The notes beneath the pieces are model-generated. The model ran no database searches and was not told the origin of the DNA. It worked only from the letters and a program-made list of their open reading frames with translations. The translations under genes were made by a program, and so were the position numbers. Source: Burkholderiaceae bacterium (GTDB lineage: Bacteria; Pseudomonadota; Gammaproteobacteria; Burkholderiales; Burkholderiaceae_D). Taken from it: DNA of 64,000 nucleotides. This document shows, in pieces, positions 42,584 through 53,237 of the stretch (the stretch's first letter is position 1; each line of letters starts with the position of its first letter). The DNA lies in the NCBI GenBank assembly GCA_018882935.1, contig VERA01000001.1:7505-71504 (forward strand), written 5' to 3'.

Positions 42584-44038
42584 ATGCTTGCCGCCGTTGA
42601 TCTCGGCTCGAATAGTTTCAGATTACATATCGGGACATTTGACGGCGATCGCATCCGCATCATTAACAGCGCACGTGAACCTGTACGGCTCGGCGCCGGG
42701 CTCGATAGCAGGCGAAACCTTAGCCAAGCGTCCATTCATGGCGCTGTCGCTTGCCTGACGCGCTTTGCCCAGATTCTCCAATCTACGCCGCTGTCGGCAG
42801 TACGCGTGGTCGCGACCAATACGGTACGCGTGGCCCGCAACGCATCGAGCTTTTTACCACTGTTCGAGAAAGCAATCGGTTATCCGATTGAAATCATCTC
42901 GGGTGAGGAAGAGGGTCGCCTGATTTACATGGGCGTGGCCTCCACGCTTAACCTACCACTTGAGCGCCGCCTGGTGATTGATATTGGTGGAGGATCGACC
43001 GAGCTAATCCTCGGCCAAGGCGCAGAGGTCGAGCAGGTTGAATCATTTTCAATCGGCACAGTGCCCACGGCGATGCGGTTCTTTGATGGTGAACGTATCA
43101 GCGTATCGGCCTTCGATGAAGCCGTGCTGCACGCACGCAGTGTGTTTGAAGATCGTACTGCGCCTTTTCACCCACGACTATGGGAAGTCGGCTACGGCTC
43201 GTCCGGCACGCTACGCACACTCGCCGATCTCATCGAAAAAAATAGCCTGGCGGATGGGCAGTTGTCAGTGAAGGCACTCTACGCGCTACGCGACCGATTA
43301 CTTTCTGCAGGGCGAGTCAGCAAGCTTGACCTGATCGGTGTGCGCCCGGAACGCGCCAGCGTGGTTCTGGGTGGGCTATCGGTGCTGCTAGGCTTGTCGC
43401 AAGAGCTCGGCCTGAAGTCGCTACTGGCAGTTGAGGCCGGCTTGCGTATGGGTGTCTTGTGGGATCTCTACCTGCGCCAGCGTAAACGGGACCGCAGACA
43501 AGAATCAGTCAAGCGATTCATGAAACGCTTCGGGGTGGATGAAGGTCGCGCAGCGCGCGCTGCCGCTAGCGCAAAGGCGCTGTATGCTCAAGCAGCGCCG
43601 GATGGGGCGCTGGAACGGATGCTGGGTTGGGCCGGCAAGCTGCACGAGGTCGGTATGTCGGTGTCGCACACCGGATTCCACAAACATGGCGCTTACCTGG
43701 CGCTGAACGCTGACCTGCCCGGCTTTACCTCGCACGAGCAGCACTTGCTGTCGGTACTGTTGCTCGCGCAAAAAGGTAACTTGCGTAAGGTACAAGACGC
43801 ACTCACTGACCTTGATGTCATCCGCGCGATTGTCTCTCTACGCTTGGGCGTACTGTTCATGCATGCACGCATTGACCCTGCATTGGCACCGGTCAGGCTG
43901 TCTGTCCGATCTCGCATAGAGCTGACGCTGGGTCAGACAATCAGCTTGCATCACCCGACCTTAGCGCATTGGCTTTCGAAAGAAATTGCGGCGTGGGCCG
44001 AAGTCGAGTGGCAGTTTGTGATTCGCAGCTCGGGCTGA
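42584..44038 (+). CDS. ppx: Exopolyphosphatase Ppx/GppA
   Basis: AAVDLGSNSFRL, ISGEEEGRL, DIGGGSTE, LHEVG (HD-like region). Confidence 0.93.
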   Translation: MLAAVDLGSNSFRLHIGTFDGDRIRIINSAREPVRLGAGLDSRRNLSQASIHGAVACLTRFAQILQSTPLSAVRVVATNTVRVARNASSFLPLFEKAIGYPIEIISGEEEGRLIYMGVASTLNLPLERRLVIDIGGGSTELILGQGAEVEQVESFSIGTVPTAMRFFDGERISVSAFDEAVLHARSVFEDRTAPFHPRLWEVGYGSSGTLRTLADLIEKNSLADGQLSVKALYALRDRLLSAGRVSKLDLIGVRPERASVVLGGLSVLLGLSQELGLKSLLAVEAGLRMGVLWDLYLRQRKRDRRQESVKRFMKRFGVDEGRAARAAASAKALYAQAAPDGALERMLGWAGKLHEVGMSVSHTGFHKHGAYLALNADLPGFTSHEQHLLSVLLLAQKGNLRKVQDALTDLDVIRAIVSLRLGVLFMHARIDPALAPVRLSVRSRIELTLGQTISLHHPTLAHWLSKEIAAWAEVEWQFVIRSSG

Positions 44039-44042
44039 GCAC

Positions 44043-45584
44043 TCAATCTTCGAGCGTACCGGCGATGCCCAGCTCTTGAATCTTGCGGGTAATCGTATTT
44101 CGTCCGATACCAAGCCGAATTGCCGCATCATTTTTTCTGCCGTGCGTATGCTTGAGTGCGGTCTTTATAAGCGCTGCTTCGAATTGCCGGCCCAGGGCGT
44201 CCATCACCTCGGGCTTGCCCGATGAAAGCATCTGCGACGCCTCTGCTTCCAGCATGGCCAACCATGAGTGCCGGTCTGTGCTTACACTGCCGCTGGCGTG
44301 AGCGCCATTGGCCGGACGTTCAGGCGCCAACGTGACAGGTGCGTGATAGTCGCCATTGAGCATAGCGGGCGCCAATGGCTCCTGTGGCAAAGGTAATACC
44401 GTTGAGGGTGCAGGCAATGGCGCTGCGCCAGCGCTTTGGATCAACTCTGCTGGCAAGTCTTTGACTTCAACGGTTTGGCCCGGTGCCATCACCGTGATCC
44501 AGTTACACAGGTTTTCCAGTTGTCGCACATTACCGGGTAAATCCAGCGCAGATAAAAACTGCATGGCCTGATCCGACAAGCGCTTGGCCTCAACACCTAA
44601 TTCTTTTGCGCTGCTGGTGAGGAAGTGACGTGCCAATAACGGAATATCTTCGCGGCGCTCTCTCAGTGAGGGTAATCGTAGACGAATAACATTGAGGCGG
44701 TGATACAGATCTTCGCGAAATAAACCATCACGCACGCGCTGCTCAAGGTTTTGATGGGTAGCCGCAATCACGCGCACATTCGCCTTCAGCGACTGATGCC
44801 CACCGACGCGATAAAAATGACCATCAGACAGTACCCTCAACAAGCGCGTCTGCAGATCGAATGGCATATCGCCGATTTCATCGAGAAACAGCGTGCCGCC
44901 CTCGGCTTGTTCAAAACGACCGCGACGGGTCGCCTGCGCGCCGGTGAACGCACCTCGCTCATGACCGAACAATTCAGACTCGAGCAAATCCTTCGGAATT
45001 GCAGCGGTATTGAGCGCGATAAAAGGCTGAGCAGCGCGTGGGCTGTGCTTGTGCAAGGCGCGCGCAACAAGTTCTTTGCCGGTACCTGACTCGCCGGTGA
45101 TCAGTACGGTGACATTCGACTGCGACAATCGCCCGATTGCACGAAACACATCCTGCATCGCCGCCGCTGAACCGAGTATCTCGGGGGTGTCGCTAATGGT
45201 GAGCTCGGTCTCTTCGTCGCGCAAGCTTTCTTCGAGCGCCCGGCGGATCAACTCAACCGCTTTATCCAGATCAAAGGGTTTGGCCAGATACTCGAACGCG
45301 CCGCCTTGAAACGCAGCCACCGCAGAATCCAGATCAGAGAAAGCCGTCATCACGATCACCGGCAGACCAGGGTGCCGCTGTTTGACCATGTGCAGCAACT
45401 CGAGCCCGGATTCTCCCGGCATCCGGATATCTGACACCAGTACCTGTGGCACGCCGAGCTGTAGCGCATCGACCACCTCGCGCACATTGGAGAAGCTGCG
45501 CGTGTTCAAGCCCTCGCGCGCCAAGGCTTTCTCAAGCACCCAGCGTATCGATTCATCATCGTCAACAATCCAGATTGGTTTCAT
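44043..45584 (-). CDS. ntrC: Nitrogen regulation response regulator NtrC/GlnG
   Basis: Receiver [20 protein letters not shown]-terminal Fis-type [13 protein letters not shown]. Confidence 0.98.
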   Translation of the reverse strand: MKPIWIVDDDESIRWVLEKALAREGLNTRSFSNVREVVDALQLGVPQVLVSDIRMPGESGLELLHMVKQRHPGLPVIVMTAFSDLDSAVAAFQGGAFEYLAKPFDLDKAVELIRRALEESLRDEETELTISDTPEILGSAAAMQDVFRAIGRLSQSNVTVLITGESGTGKELVARALHKHSPRAAQPFIALNTAAIPKDLLESELFGHERGAFTGAQATRRGRFEQAEGGTLFLDEIGDMPFDLQTRLLRVLSDGHFYRVGGHQSLKANVRVIAATHQNLEQRVRDGLFREDLYHRLNVIRLRLPSLRERREDIPLLARHFLTSSAKELGVEAKRLSDQAMQFLSALDLPGNVRQLENLCNWITVMAPGQTVEVKDLPAELIQSAGAAPLPAPSTVLPLPQEPLAPAMLNGDYHAPVTLAPERPANGAHASGSVSTDRHSWLAMLEAEASQMLSSGKPEVMDALGRQFEAALIKTALKHTHGRKNDAAIRLGIGRNTITRKIQELGIAGTLED

Positions 45585-45617
45585 GCGCTCTCTATCGACC
45601 CAGCGATCTCATACCCT

Positions 45618-45634
45618 AGCACCAAAATGGTGCC
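45618..45634. promoter_or_regulatory. NtrC-type binding site in the ntrB-ntrC intergenic region
   Basis: AGCACCAAAATGGTGCC versus consensus TGCACCA-N3-TGGTGCA. Confidence 0.7.
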
Positions 45635-45685
45635 AGCCGCTTGTCCCGCCTGCGCCGCGCCGGTGCGCAGGATGGGCTCAGCGCA

Positions 45686-46759
45686 TCAAGGCAAGGCTAT
45701 CAGGATACGAAAATCTGTATATCCGGGTCGGCTTTCGCATTCGATAACGCCAGAATGCTGCTGGATGAAGGTTTGGGCCAGTGTCAGCCCCAGTCCGCTC
45801 CCGCCCTCTCTGCCAGAGATCAGCGGATAAAACATTCTTTCCTTCAGATCCGCCGGTATGCCCGGACCGTTGTCGATGATATGCAAGTCCAGTGCCAGCC
45901 GATAACGCACCTTGGCAATGGTGACCGAGCGTGCAATACGCGTACGAAATATCAATTCCGCATCGCGATTGTCGATGCGCTCAGCGAGTGCTTGTGCCGC
46001 GTTGTGGGCGATGTTCAGTACTGCTTGGATCAGTTGCTCTTTATCGCCGCGAAACTCCGGTAAAGAAAGATCATAGTCGCGCTTGATGGATAAGCCATGC
46101 GGAAACTCAGCCACAATCAGGCTACGCACCCGCTCGAATACTTCGTGAATGTTGACGTCACCGACAATCTGCGGCCTTCGGTGCGGAGCCAATAATCGAT
46201 CGACCAGCGTCTGCAAGCGATCAGACTCTTTGATGATGACCTGGGTGTACTCGCGCAAATCTTTCAGCCCTTGTCCGGGCAATTCCAGCTCCAGTAGCTG
46301 CGCTGCGCCGCGAATACCACCGAGCGGATTCTTTATTTCGTGGGCGAGATTACGAATCAACTCTTTGTTGGCTTGGGTCTGACCAAGCTGGCGCTCCTCG
46401 CGATCAAGTTTCAGCTGCTGCACGTTCTCGTGTAGCTCAATCAGCACCGGGTGATCAGGGTCATCCAGCGGCGTGACGATCACATTCACCTGCAGCGTTG
46501 CCCGCCCTGCGCGCTCGAGGTTCAAATCCTCACGCTTCTGATCAAACTGGCGCTGCAGCGCTTGCCGAAAGATTTGCTCCAGTCGCGATCCATTAACAAA
46601 CAGCTCAGTCAGTCGCTGCTGCTGAATCACTTTGAATGAACTGTCCAGCAGGCTTTCAGCGGCAACATTGGCATAGGAAATTCTGCCCTCGGCATCCAGT
46701 ATCAGAACAGCCGAGGCGAGAAGGTCCAGCCCGCCAAGCGAGGTAGCAAGAATATTCAC
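45686..46759 (-). CDS. ntrB: Nitrogen regulation sensor kinase NtrB/GlnL
   Basis: N-terminal PAS, LAHEIKNPLGGIRGAAQLL, DNGPGI, GGSGLGL; GTG start. Confidence 0.97.
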   Translation of the reverse strand: MNILATSLGGLDLLASAVLILDAEGRISYANVAAESLLDSSFKVIQQQRLTELFVNGSRLEQIFRQALQRQFDQKREDLNLERAGRATLQVNVIVTPLDDPDHPVLIELHENVQQLKLDREERQLGQTQANKELIRNLAHEIKNPLGGIRGAAQLLELELPGQGLKDLREYTQVIIKESDRLQTLVDRLLAPHRRPQIVGDVNIHEVFERVRSLIVAEFPHGLSIKRDYDLSLPEFRGDKEQLIQAVLNIAHNAAQALAERIDNRDAELIFRTRIARSVTIAKVRYRLALDLHIIDNGPGIPADLKERMFYPLISGREGGSGLGLTLAQTFIQQHSGVIECESRPGYTDFRILIALP

Positions 46760-46773
46760 GAATACCGAAAAGC

Positions 46774-46794
46774 AAAAAAGGCCGCAAGGCGGCC
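46774..46794 (-). terminator. Intrinsic terminator immediately upstream of ntrB
   Basis: GGCCGC-CTT-GCGGCC followed by TTTTTT on the minus strand. Confidence 0.65.
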
Positions 46795-46820
46795 CGGGTT
46801 AACGTTCAGGGGCGTCAGCG

Positions 46821-47279
46821 CTATTTTAATTGACCGATCTCGCGCTTCAGCGCTTCGATATTCTTTTCGGTGCGGGCTATCTCGTCTTTCATGGCCGCCA
46901 CCCGCTCTTGATACTTGGCGTAATTACGCTCACTACCGAGACGCTCCGGCTCACCGTTTTGATACTCTTTCTTCAGCTCGGCCAGCTTGTTCTCTTCCGT
47001 GCGAATCTCGTCGGTGAGAATCTGCAAGCGGTCGAGGTCGCGCCGCTTCTGGGTCTGGCTATCCACCTTGGGAAAAGAAGGGTCAGCCTTAGCCTGAGTC
47101 ACCGACGATGGCGCCGGAATTGACGATAGAGAATCGGTATCCAGCTTGCGGCAACCGCGCATGTCGCCCGTGTTGCGGTACTCGCGCACCCCATTGGCTT
47201 GAGTACACACATACACCCCTTGCGCAGCAGAATCGGCTAGAGGCAGCAACAAGCTGAGCATGACAAATAAAAATCTCAT
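46821..47279 (-). CDS. Secreted DUF4124-like protein with coiled-coil C-terminus
   Basis: Signal peptide, VYVCTQANGVREYRN...GC, FPKVD..TQKRRD..R.QIL. Confidence 0.8.
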   Translation of the reverse strand: MRFLFVMLSLLLPLADSAAQGVYVCTQANGVREYRNTGDMRGCRKLDTDSLSSIPAPSSVTQAKADPSFPKVDSQTQKRRDLDRLQILTDEIRTEENKLAELKKEYQNGEPERLGSERNYAKYQERVAAMKDEIARTEKNIEALKREIGQLK

Positions 47280-47398
47280 GGTGGTGTAGCGCTAACGAGT
47301 CGAGGCGATAAGGAAGAGGAACAATCTTGCGCAATGCGACGTCGACCTTATACCAGAATCTGACGCTAAGCGATTATCAACTATGCAACAGTAGCCGC

Positions 47399-47424
47399 AA
47401 AAAAAGGGCGACTGCCGCCGCCCT
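47399..47424 (-). terminator. glnA intrinsic terminator
   Basis: AGGGCGGC-GGCA-GTCGCCCT-TTTTTT on the minus strand. Confidence 0.8.
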
Positions 47425-47446
47425 CTTCTCACTACCTGCAAAAAAA

Positions 47447-48862
47447 TTACAGTGAGTAGTACATGTCGAACTCAATCGGGTGCGTGGTCATGCGGAACCG
47501 CGTAACTTCCTGCATCTTCAGCTCGATGTAGGCATCGATCATGGTGTCGGTGAACACACCGCCGCGGGTGAGGAATTCACGATCATGGTCGAGGCACTCG
47601 AGCGCCTGGTCGAGCGACGAGCATACGGTTGGGATCTTTGCGTCTTCCTCAGGTGGCAAGTGGTACAGATCTTTCGATGCAGCCTCACCTGGGTGAATCT
47701 TGTTCTGCACACCATCCAGACCCGCCATCAACAGCGCAGCAAAGCACAGGTAAGGGTTGGCAGAAGGATCCGGGAAACGGGTTTCGATACGACGGCCTTT
47801 CGGGTTCGCTACGTGCGGGATACGAATCGATGCCGAACGGTTACGCGACGAATACGCCAGCTTGACTGGTGCTTCGAAGCCAGGCACCAGACGCTTGTAC
47901 GAGTTAGTGCCCGGGTTGGTGATCGCATTCAAAGCGCGCGCATGCTTGATGATGCCACCAATGTAGTACAACGCGAACTCAGACAAGCCCGCATAGCCAT
48001 CGCCGGAGAACAGGTTCTTGCCGTCTTTCCAGACCGACTGGTGCACGTGCATACCCGAGCCGTTATCGCCAACGATAGGCTTCGGCATGAAGGTTGCGGT
48101 CTTGCCGTAGGTGTGCGCGACATTCCAGATCACGTATTTCTGCAGCTGGGTCCAGTCAGCGCGCTGCACCAACGTAGAGAACTTGGTACCGATCTCGTTC
48201 TGCCCCGCACCTGCTACTTCGTGGTGATGCACTTCGACAGGAATACCAAGCGATTCAAGCACCAAACACATCTCGGAACGCATATCCTGGAAGCTGTCGA
48301 CCGGTGGAACCGGGAAGTAGCCGCCTTTGACGGTTGGGCGGTGGCCGGTATTACCCGACTCAAACTTCTGCGCGGTGGACCAAGAAGCCTCTTCTGAATC
48401 AATTTTGACGAAGCTGCCGGACATATCCGAGTTCCAGCGCACGCTGTCGAAAATAAAGAATTCCGGCTCCGGGCCAAAGTAAGCAGCATCGCCCAGACCA
48501 GACGCTTTCAGGTAAGCCTCGGCGCGCTTGGCGATCGAGCGCGGATCGCGGTCGTAGCCCTTGCCATCGCTGGGCTCGATCACGTCACACTGCATGAACA
48601 GCGTGGTCTCTTCCATGAACGGGTCGAGATTGGCCGTGCTCGGATCCGGCATCAGCAACATGTCAGAGGCTTCGATACCCTTCCAGCCTGCGATCGACGA
48701 GCCGTCGAAGGCGTGACCCGACTCGAACTTGTCCATATCGAAATGGGAAACTGGAACAGACACATGCTGCTCTTTGCCACGCGTGTCCGTAAAACGAAAG
48801 TCGACGAATTTGACCTCGTTATCTTTCACCATTTTCAATACATCTGCGGCCGTCTTAGACAT
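47447..48862 (-). CDS. glnA: Glutamine synthetase type I
   Basis: [25 protein letters not shown], adenylylation-site region DLYHLP; start reassigned to 48862 (MSKTAADV). Confidence 0.99.
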   Translation of the reverse strand: MSKTAADVLKMVKDNEVKFVDFRFTDTRGKEQHVSVPVSHFDMDKFESGHAFDGSSIAGWKGIEASDMLLMPDPSTANLDPFMEETTLFMQCDVIEPSDGKGYDRDPRSIAKRAEAYLKASGLGDAAYFGPEPEFFIFDSVRWNSDMSGSFVKIDSEEASWSTAQKFESGNTGHRPTVKGGYFPVPPVDSFQDMRSEMCLVLESLGIPVEVHHHEVAGAGQNEIGTKFSTLVQRADWTQLQKYVIWNVAHTYGKTATFMPKPIVGDNGSGMHVHQSVWKDGKNLFSGDGYAGLSEFALYYIGGIIKHARALNAITNPGTNSYKRLVPGFEAPVKLAYSSRNRSASIRIPHVANPKGRRIETRFPDPSANPYLCFAALLMAGLDGVQNKIHPGEAASKDLYHLPPEEDAKIPTVCSSLDQALECLDHDREFLTRGGVFTDTMIDAYIELKMQEVTRFRMTTHPIEFDMYYSL

Positions 48863-48991
48863 AAAACTCTCCCGGAAAGTTGCGGAATTGAAATTACTTG
48901 CTCGATATGGGGGTTTGCCTGTTGCCGACTCGGCGCCGGCGTTTAGCCGGTCAGGGGGCGGGCTTGCAACGGGAACACGGGGCGGGATGGT

Positions 48992-49007
48992 AGCAGATTC
49001 CATGCCA
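48992..49007 (-). promoter_or_regulatory. Sigma54 promoter of glnA
   Basis: TGGCATGGAATCTGCT with GG and GC separated by exactly 10 nt (-24/-12). Confidence 0.85.
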
Positions 49008-49145
49008 CTGGCTTACTTTGCCGCGTGCATTCGGCCGCATCCACCCCACGCAAAAACTGTGAGCCAGAACAAGGCGTTGACGATCGTCACTGCGTGCCGC
49101 CGCGCAATCAGCACCATGGCACTTGTTGGTGCGATTATGATTTAG

Positions 49146-49191
49146 CGCATTATTTTGGTGCAATTAGATAAGATTGCACTATGTTGGTGCA
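49146..49191. promoter_or_regulatory. Tandem NtrC enhancer sites upstream of the glnA sigma54 promoter
   Basis: CGCATTATTTTGGTGCA (49146-49162) and TGCACTATGTTGGTGCA (49175-49191). Confidence 0.85.
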
Positions 49192-49219
49192 GTTTTTGGG
49201 GCAGTGACCAAGCCCGCGC

Positions 49220-49762
49220 TTATTCTTCGTCGTCGTGAACAGGCTCTTTGAGCCCAAGCGCGCGCCCATCTTCATACAGGAAGCACTTGGCAATACTGAA
49301 CCACGCATCGGTCGGTATTACCCGTTCTGCGAGTTCGACTAATTCTTCTTCGCGCAGCAGTCGCCGGTAAAACGAGGCGCAACACTGCTCCAGCGTAACG
49401 CAGATATCGTCCACGACCGTGGCACCGCTGCGCATCCATTGCTGTAATTTCTCGCGTACGGAACACAATAGATCGAGACTGGCCTTGCTCAACTGCTCCA
49501 GCTCATCAATCAAGGCATCGGCCTCGCGGGTTAGCCGACGCAATGCCGGGATCACGACAACCTCGACCTTGCGACGGTGACAGTACTGCTCGAACTGTGT
49601 CAGACGATTGAGCAGTGCCTCCAAGTCGACACCGCCCGCTGTTTTGAGATGGCGTATGCCGTACAAGATATGCCGCTGTATCGAGGAAAATGTCCAGCGT
49701 GCTCGTCGCTGCTCTATCTTCAGCGCTATGATGGAATAAGTCGCGGTTAGCATGATGTCCAC
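49220..49762 (-). CDS. Hypothetical all-helical protein, degenerate hemerythrin-like
   Basis: YCHRRKVE..VIPALR and REEELV motifs resemble hemerythrin-fold helices; start may be 49753. Confidence 0.6.
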   Translation of the reverse strand: MDIMLTATYSIIALKIEQRRARWTFSSIQRHILYGIRHLKTAGGVDLEALLNRLTQFEQYCHRRKVEVVVIPALRRLTREADALIDELEQLSKASLDLLCSVREKLQQWMRSGATVVDDICVTLEQCCASFYRRLLREEELVELAERVIPTDAWFSIAKCFLYEDGRALGLKEPVHDDEE

Positions 49763-49873
49763 TGAAAAAAATCAGTGTAGTCATTCGCCGCGCGTCACCG
49801 GTTGCGAGGTCTCAAAGACTGCAAACTTCAGGAGCGGGTTTACCGGTCTTGCAAGCAATGTATCTGTTCAGGG

Positions 49874-51535
49874 TCAAGTGATGCGTACTGCATGCTCGCG
49901 TGTAGCATGAAAAGTAACCGCGGGCCAGCGCTCTTGCACCAATTTCAGGTTCACAGCAGAGCTGGCAAGATAGGCCAGATTACCTGCCGCATCATGCGCG
50001 AGATGCGCGCCTGCAGAGGAACGCTCGAAGTCGGCTAATATTTTTTTATCTTCGCATGACACCCAGCGTGCTGTGTTGATGCTGGTTCCCTCAAATACGG
50101 CATCAACACCGTACTCATTCATCAGGCGACTCGCCACCACCTCAAACTGCAGCATACCAACAGCGCCAAGCACCAAGTCAGCGCCGCTAACGGGTTTGAA
50201 CACTTGCACCGCACCTTCTTCACCAAGCTGCTGCAAGCCTTTTTGTAGCTGCTTTATTTTGAGTGGGTTACGAATGCGAACGGTACGGAAAAAATCTGGC
50301 GCAAAGTAGGGAATGCCGGTGAATTGCAGCGCCTCACCTTCGGAAAAACTATCACCAATTTGCATATTGCCGTGATTCGGCAGACCAATAATATCTCCTG
50401 CGTAGGCCTCTTCGACTTGCTCACGCGAGGACGCCATGAACGTCACCACCGATGACATCTTCAGCTCGCGATTAAGCCGAAGATGCTTGATCTTCATGCC
50501 ACGCTCAAACCGGCCGGAGCACACTCGCAAGAAAGCAATTCGGTCGCGATGAGCCGGATCCATATTGGCTTGTATCTTGAATACGAAGCCGGAGAAAGCG
50601 GTCTCATCCGGCTTCACCATTCGTGCTGTCGCATCACGCTCACCCGGGGCGCGTGCCCAATCGAGTAGCGCATCCAGAATTTCACGAACACCAAAATTAT
50701 TGATCGCAGAACCAAAAAAAACCGGCGTCTGCTTACCAGCCAAGAAAGATTCAAGATGAAACGGATGCGAGGCACCATGCACCAGCTCAACCTCTGCCTT
50801 TAGCTGACCCATCTCTTGCGGGAACATCTCCTGCAGTCGCGGGTTATCTATGCCCTTGATCACCTCAAAGGTCTGATCAGCACGTTCACTACCGGGTACA
50901 AACAACAAGATCTCATCGCGCAGCAGGTGATACACGCCACGAAACGCCTTACCCATACCAATCGGCCAGGTGACTGGCGCACATTGAATACCCAGTACCG
51001 ACTCCACCTCATCCAATAACTCCAGGGGATCGCGTGTCTCACGATCCATTTTGTTCATGAACGTGATGATCGGTGTGTCGCGCATGCGGCAAACATTCAG
51101 CAACTTGATGGTTTGCGCCTCTACACCTTTGGCGGCATCAATCACCATCAAGGCCGAGTCAACCGCGGTCAATACGCGGTAAGTATCTTCCGAAAAGTCC
51201 TGGTGGCCCGGGGTATCGAGCAGGTTAACGACATGGTCACGGTAATCAAACTGCATGACCGAACTGGCGACCGAGATGCCGCGCTGTTTTTCAATTTCCA
51301 TCCAGTCTGAGGTTGCATGGCGGCCGCTTTTACGCGCCTTCACCGTACCGGCCAACTGAATTGCACCAGAGAACAGCAGCAGTTTCTCGGTGAGCGTGGT
51401 CTTGCCCGCGTCCGGGTGAGAAATGATTGCAAAGGTGCGGCGGCGCGCGACTTCGCGCGCAATATGTTCACGCGATGTCGCGTGCGCACGCGCCAGATCA
51501 TCGGTTTCGGAAAAATCAGTGGCGTGGGTCATCAC
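49874..51535 (-). CDS. prfC: Peptide chain release factor 3
   Basis: [37 protein letters not shown]. Confidence 0.98.
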   Translation of the reverse strand: MMTHATDFSETDDLARAHATSREHIAREVARRRTFAIISHPDAGKTTLTEKLLLFSGAIQLAGTVKARKSGRHATSDWMEIEKQRGISVASSVMQFDYRDHVVNLLDTPGHQDFSEDTYRVLTAVDSALMVIDAAKGVEAQTIKLLNVCRMRDTPIITFMNKMDRETRDPLELLDEVESVLGIQCAPVTWPIGMGKAFRGVYHLLRDEILLFVPGSERADQTFEVIKGIDNPRLQEMFPQEMGQLKAEVELVHGASHPFHLESFLAGKQTPVFFGSAINNFGVREILDALLDWARAPGERDATARMVKPDETAFSGFVFKIQANMDPAHRDRIAFLRVCSGRFERGMKIKHLRLNRELKMSSVVTFMASSREQVEEAYAGDIIGLPNHGNMQIGDSFSEGEALQFTGIPYFAPDFFRTVRIRNPLKIKQLQKGLQQLGEEGAVQVFKPVSGADLVLGAVGMLQFEVVASRLMNEYGVDAVFEGTSINTARWVSCEDKKILADFERSSAGAHLAHDAAGNLAYLASSAVNLKLVQERWPAVTFHATREHAVRIT

Positions 51536-51636
51536 AGGCAGTCAAAAAAAGCGTCAGAGTCTAGCGGCTTCGGCCGGTCAAGTCCAACCGGCGGCATCAT
51601 ACCGGACAGGTTTTATACCATTGTGCCATTGTTAGG

Positions 51637-52743
51637 TTGGGATTCAGATTGAGCAAACCAAATCGTCCGGAAATCTACCATCCGCGATTTTACGATCGGC
51701 ACATTCCGTCATTTGCTGAAGCAGCACTAGATCAGCGTTACGGCAGTTTATTCTCATCCATTCCACAGCTCGGGCTCTACAGTTTGCAGGATATCAGCAC
51801 CTATGTAGAGTGGAAGGAAAGCATCATTCAAGAGCTGTTTTTATATCGGCGTGATAAAAATCACATTACCGTCATCAATCAGGGGATGCAGGTCGATGGC
51901 GCTGCCGTGCAGCGGTTTGCTGATGCGATATTTCAGCACGAACCGGGTACAAACAGGCTTTGCTTTCATTCGGTAGATCTTATCAAGCATCACCAACTGC
52001 AAAAAAAGATTTTCCTACCGATTTCAGAAGATAGTGTGATTGATCTACCTCATACAGAGTCTGACTATCTTGCCACCCTTGGCCGATCGCTGCGTCAATC
52101 CATGCAGTCTCGACTCAAACGCACACAAGGCTTGAAGCATAAGACCTTCCCGGGAAGCGCGGTAGACGCTCAGCTACTTGAACGTATTATCGCGTTCAAC
52201 CATGCACGCATGCTGGCGAAGCAACGCTACTCTGCGATCGATGAAGCTGAGACGAAGCGACTACTGACACTTGCGCACGCGCGTGGCGTGGTGGGAACAA
52301 TAGAAATCAACGACAAACTCTGCGCAGGTAGTCTGGTGTGTCGCTTTGGTGACGACATTTTCTCGCTGCTGAATGCACATGACCCCAGCATGAACAAATT
52401 AGGGCTTGGCAAGCTATCGCGCCACCTGATGATTCTTGAGGCGATTCGTTCGGGCGCGCGCCGCTTTCATTTGTTGGGTGGGTATTTCAATAGCAAACGA
52501 CCGTTCGGCGCGCGCCGCATACCGCTGTGTACCTTGCTTGTGTATCGAGGTCGGCTCGGGATGGTAAAGGACGCAGCCTCGCTATTGCAGCTACTGCTGC
52601 AGTCGCTTGATTATCGGCTCAGAACATTCATCGAAGATCATAAATCTGAAGCCACCAACAGACTGCAGCGCAGTTTATCGATCAGTAAGGTATCCGTACT
52701 TCCGCGCCACCAGCGCAGCGTGAGGGGCTTGTGGCGTGAATGA
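51637..52743 (+). CDS. GNAT-family acetyltransferase (CelD/BcsL-like)
   Basis: YLATLGRSLRQSM, LGLGKL..HLMILEAIRSG..RFHLLGG..SKR; start codon uncertain; 3' end overlaps usp. Confidence 0.65.
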   Translation: MGFRLSKPNRPEIYHPRFYDRHIPSFAEAALDQRYGSLFSSIPQLGLYSLQDISTYVEWKESIIQELFLYRRDKNHITVINQGMQVDGAAVQRFADAIFQHEPGTNRLCFHSVDLIKHHQLQKKIFLPISEDSVIDLPHTESDYLATLGRSLRQSMQSRLKRTQGLKHKTFPGSAVDAQLLERIIAFNHARMLAKQRYSAIDEAETKRLLTLAHARGVVGTIEINDKLCAGSLVCRFGDDIFSLLNAHDPSMNKLGLGKLSRHLMILEAIRSGARRFHLLGGYFNSKRPFGARRIPLCTLLVYRGRLGMVKDAASLLQLLLQSLDYRLRTFIEDHKSEATNRLQRSLSISKVSVLPRHQRSVRGLWRE

Positions 52744-53087
52744 CCAACGATCACGAGCTGAATACCAAGCTCATTCGCCATTTGCTCGATCACATTCACC
52801 GGCTCGCCGACTTCCAGGTGCGGAATAACAGTAAGTCCGCTATTGCTCAATAGCGCGGCGCCAGCGTCCAGCTCTTTGGCCATCTTCTCGCGCTCAGCAA
52901 CCAGCCCTTCCTCGACACTCATGACCGCCGCAGCCGCAAACTCACCCACCAGCAGGTAAGGCGGCGGGCTCACCACGGCGAGCAGGTGCACTGCCGCCGT
53001 TGCCGGCAGGGAGAGCCGGCTACATTCGCGCAGTGCCGCCTGGCTCTCGACGCTTCCGTTGTAGGCAACAAGGATATTTTGGTACAT
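52638..53087 (-). CDS. Universal stress protein (UspA family)
   Basis: MYQNILVAYNGS, GEPVNVI, LVIVGHS, GSTDTLLI. Confidence 0.9.
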   Translation of the reverse strand: MYQNILVAYNGSVESQAALRECSRLSLPATAAVHLLAVVSPPPYLLVGEFAAAAVMSVEEGLVAEREKMAKELDAGAALLSNSGLTVIPHLEVGEPVNVIEQMANELGIQLVIVGHSRHKPLTLRWWRGSTDTLLIDKLRCSLLVASDL

Positions 53088-53170
53088 GGGCACCTCCCAG
53101 CGACTCGCTTCTGATAGCGAGCTTGGAGTATACGGCGCAGCGCCACCCGCCGCGCTTGGCGGCGACCAAC

Positions 53171-53237
53171 AAAAAAAACCCGGCAGGTTGCCCTGCCGGG
53201 TTTAAATCCATCCTTGTTGGAAGGCTGGAGGAGACGA
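53171..53237 (-). ncRNA. Small RNA resembling the betaproteobacterial anti-Shine-Dalgarno (toxic sRNA) double-hairpin family
   Basis: GUCUCCUCCAGCCUUCCAACAAGGAUGGAUUUAAACCCGGCAGG-GCAA-CCUGCCGGGUUUUUUUU; extended -10 TGATATAGT directly upstream; 5' end estimated. Confidence 0.75.

Noticed and set aside
49118-49133. Third NtrC-like site GGCACTTGTTGGTGCG
   Set aside because: Half-site spacing is 6 rather than 7 nt
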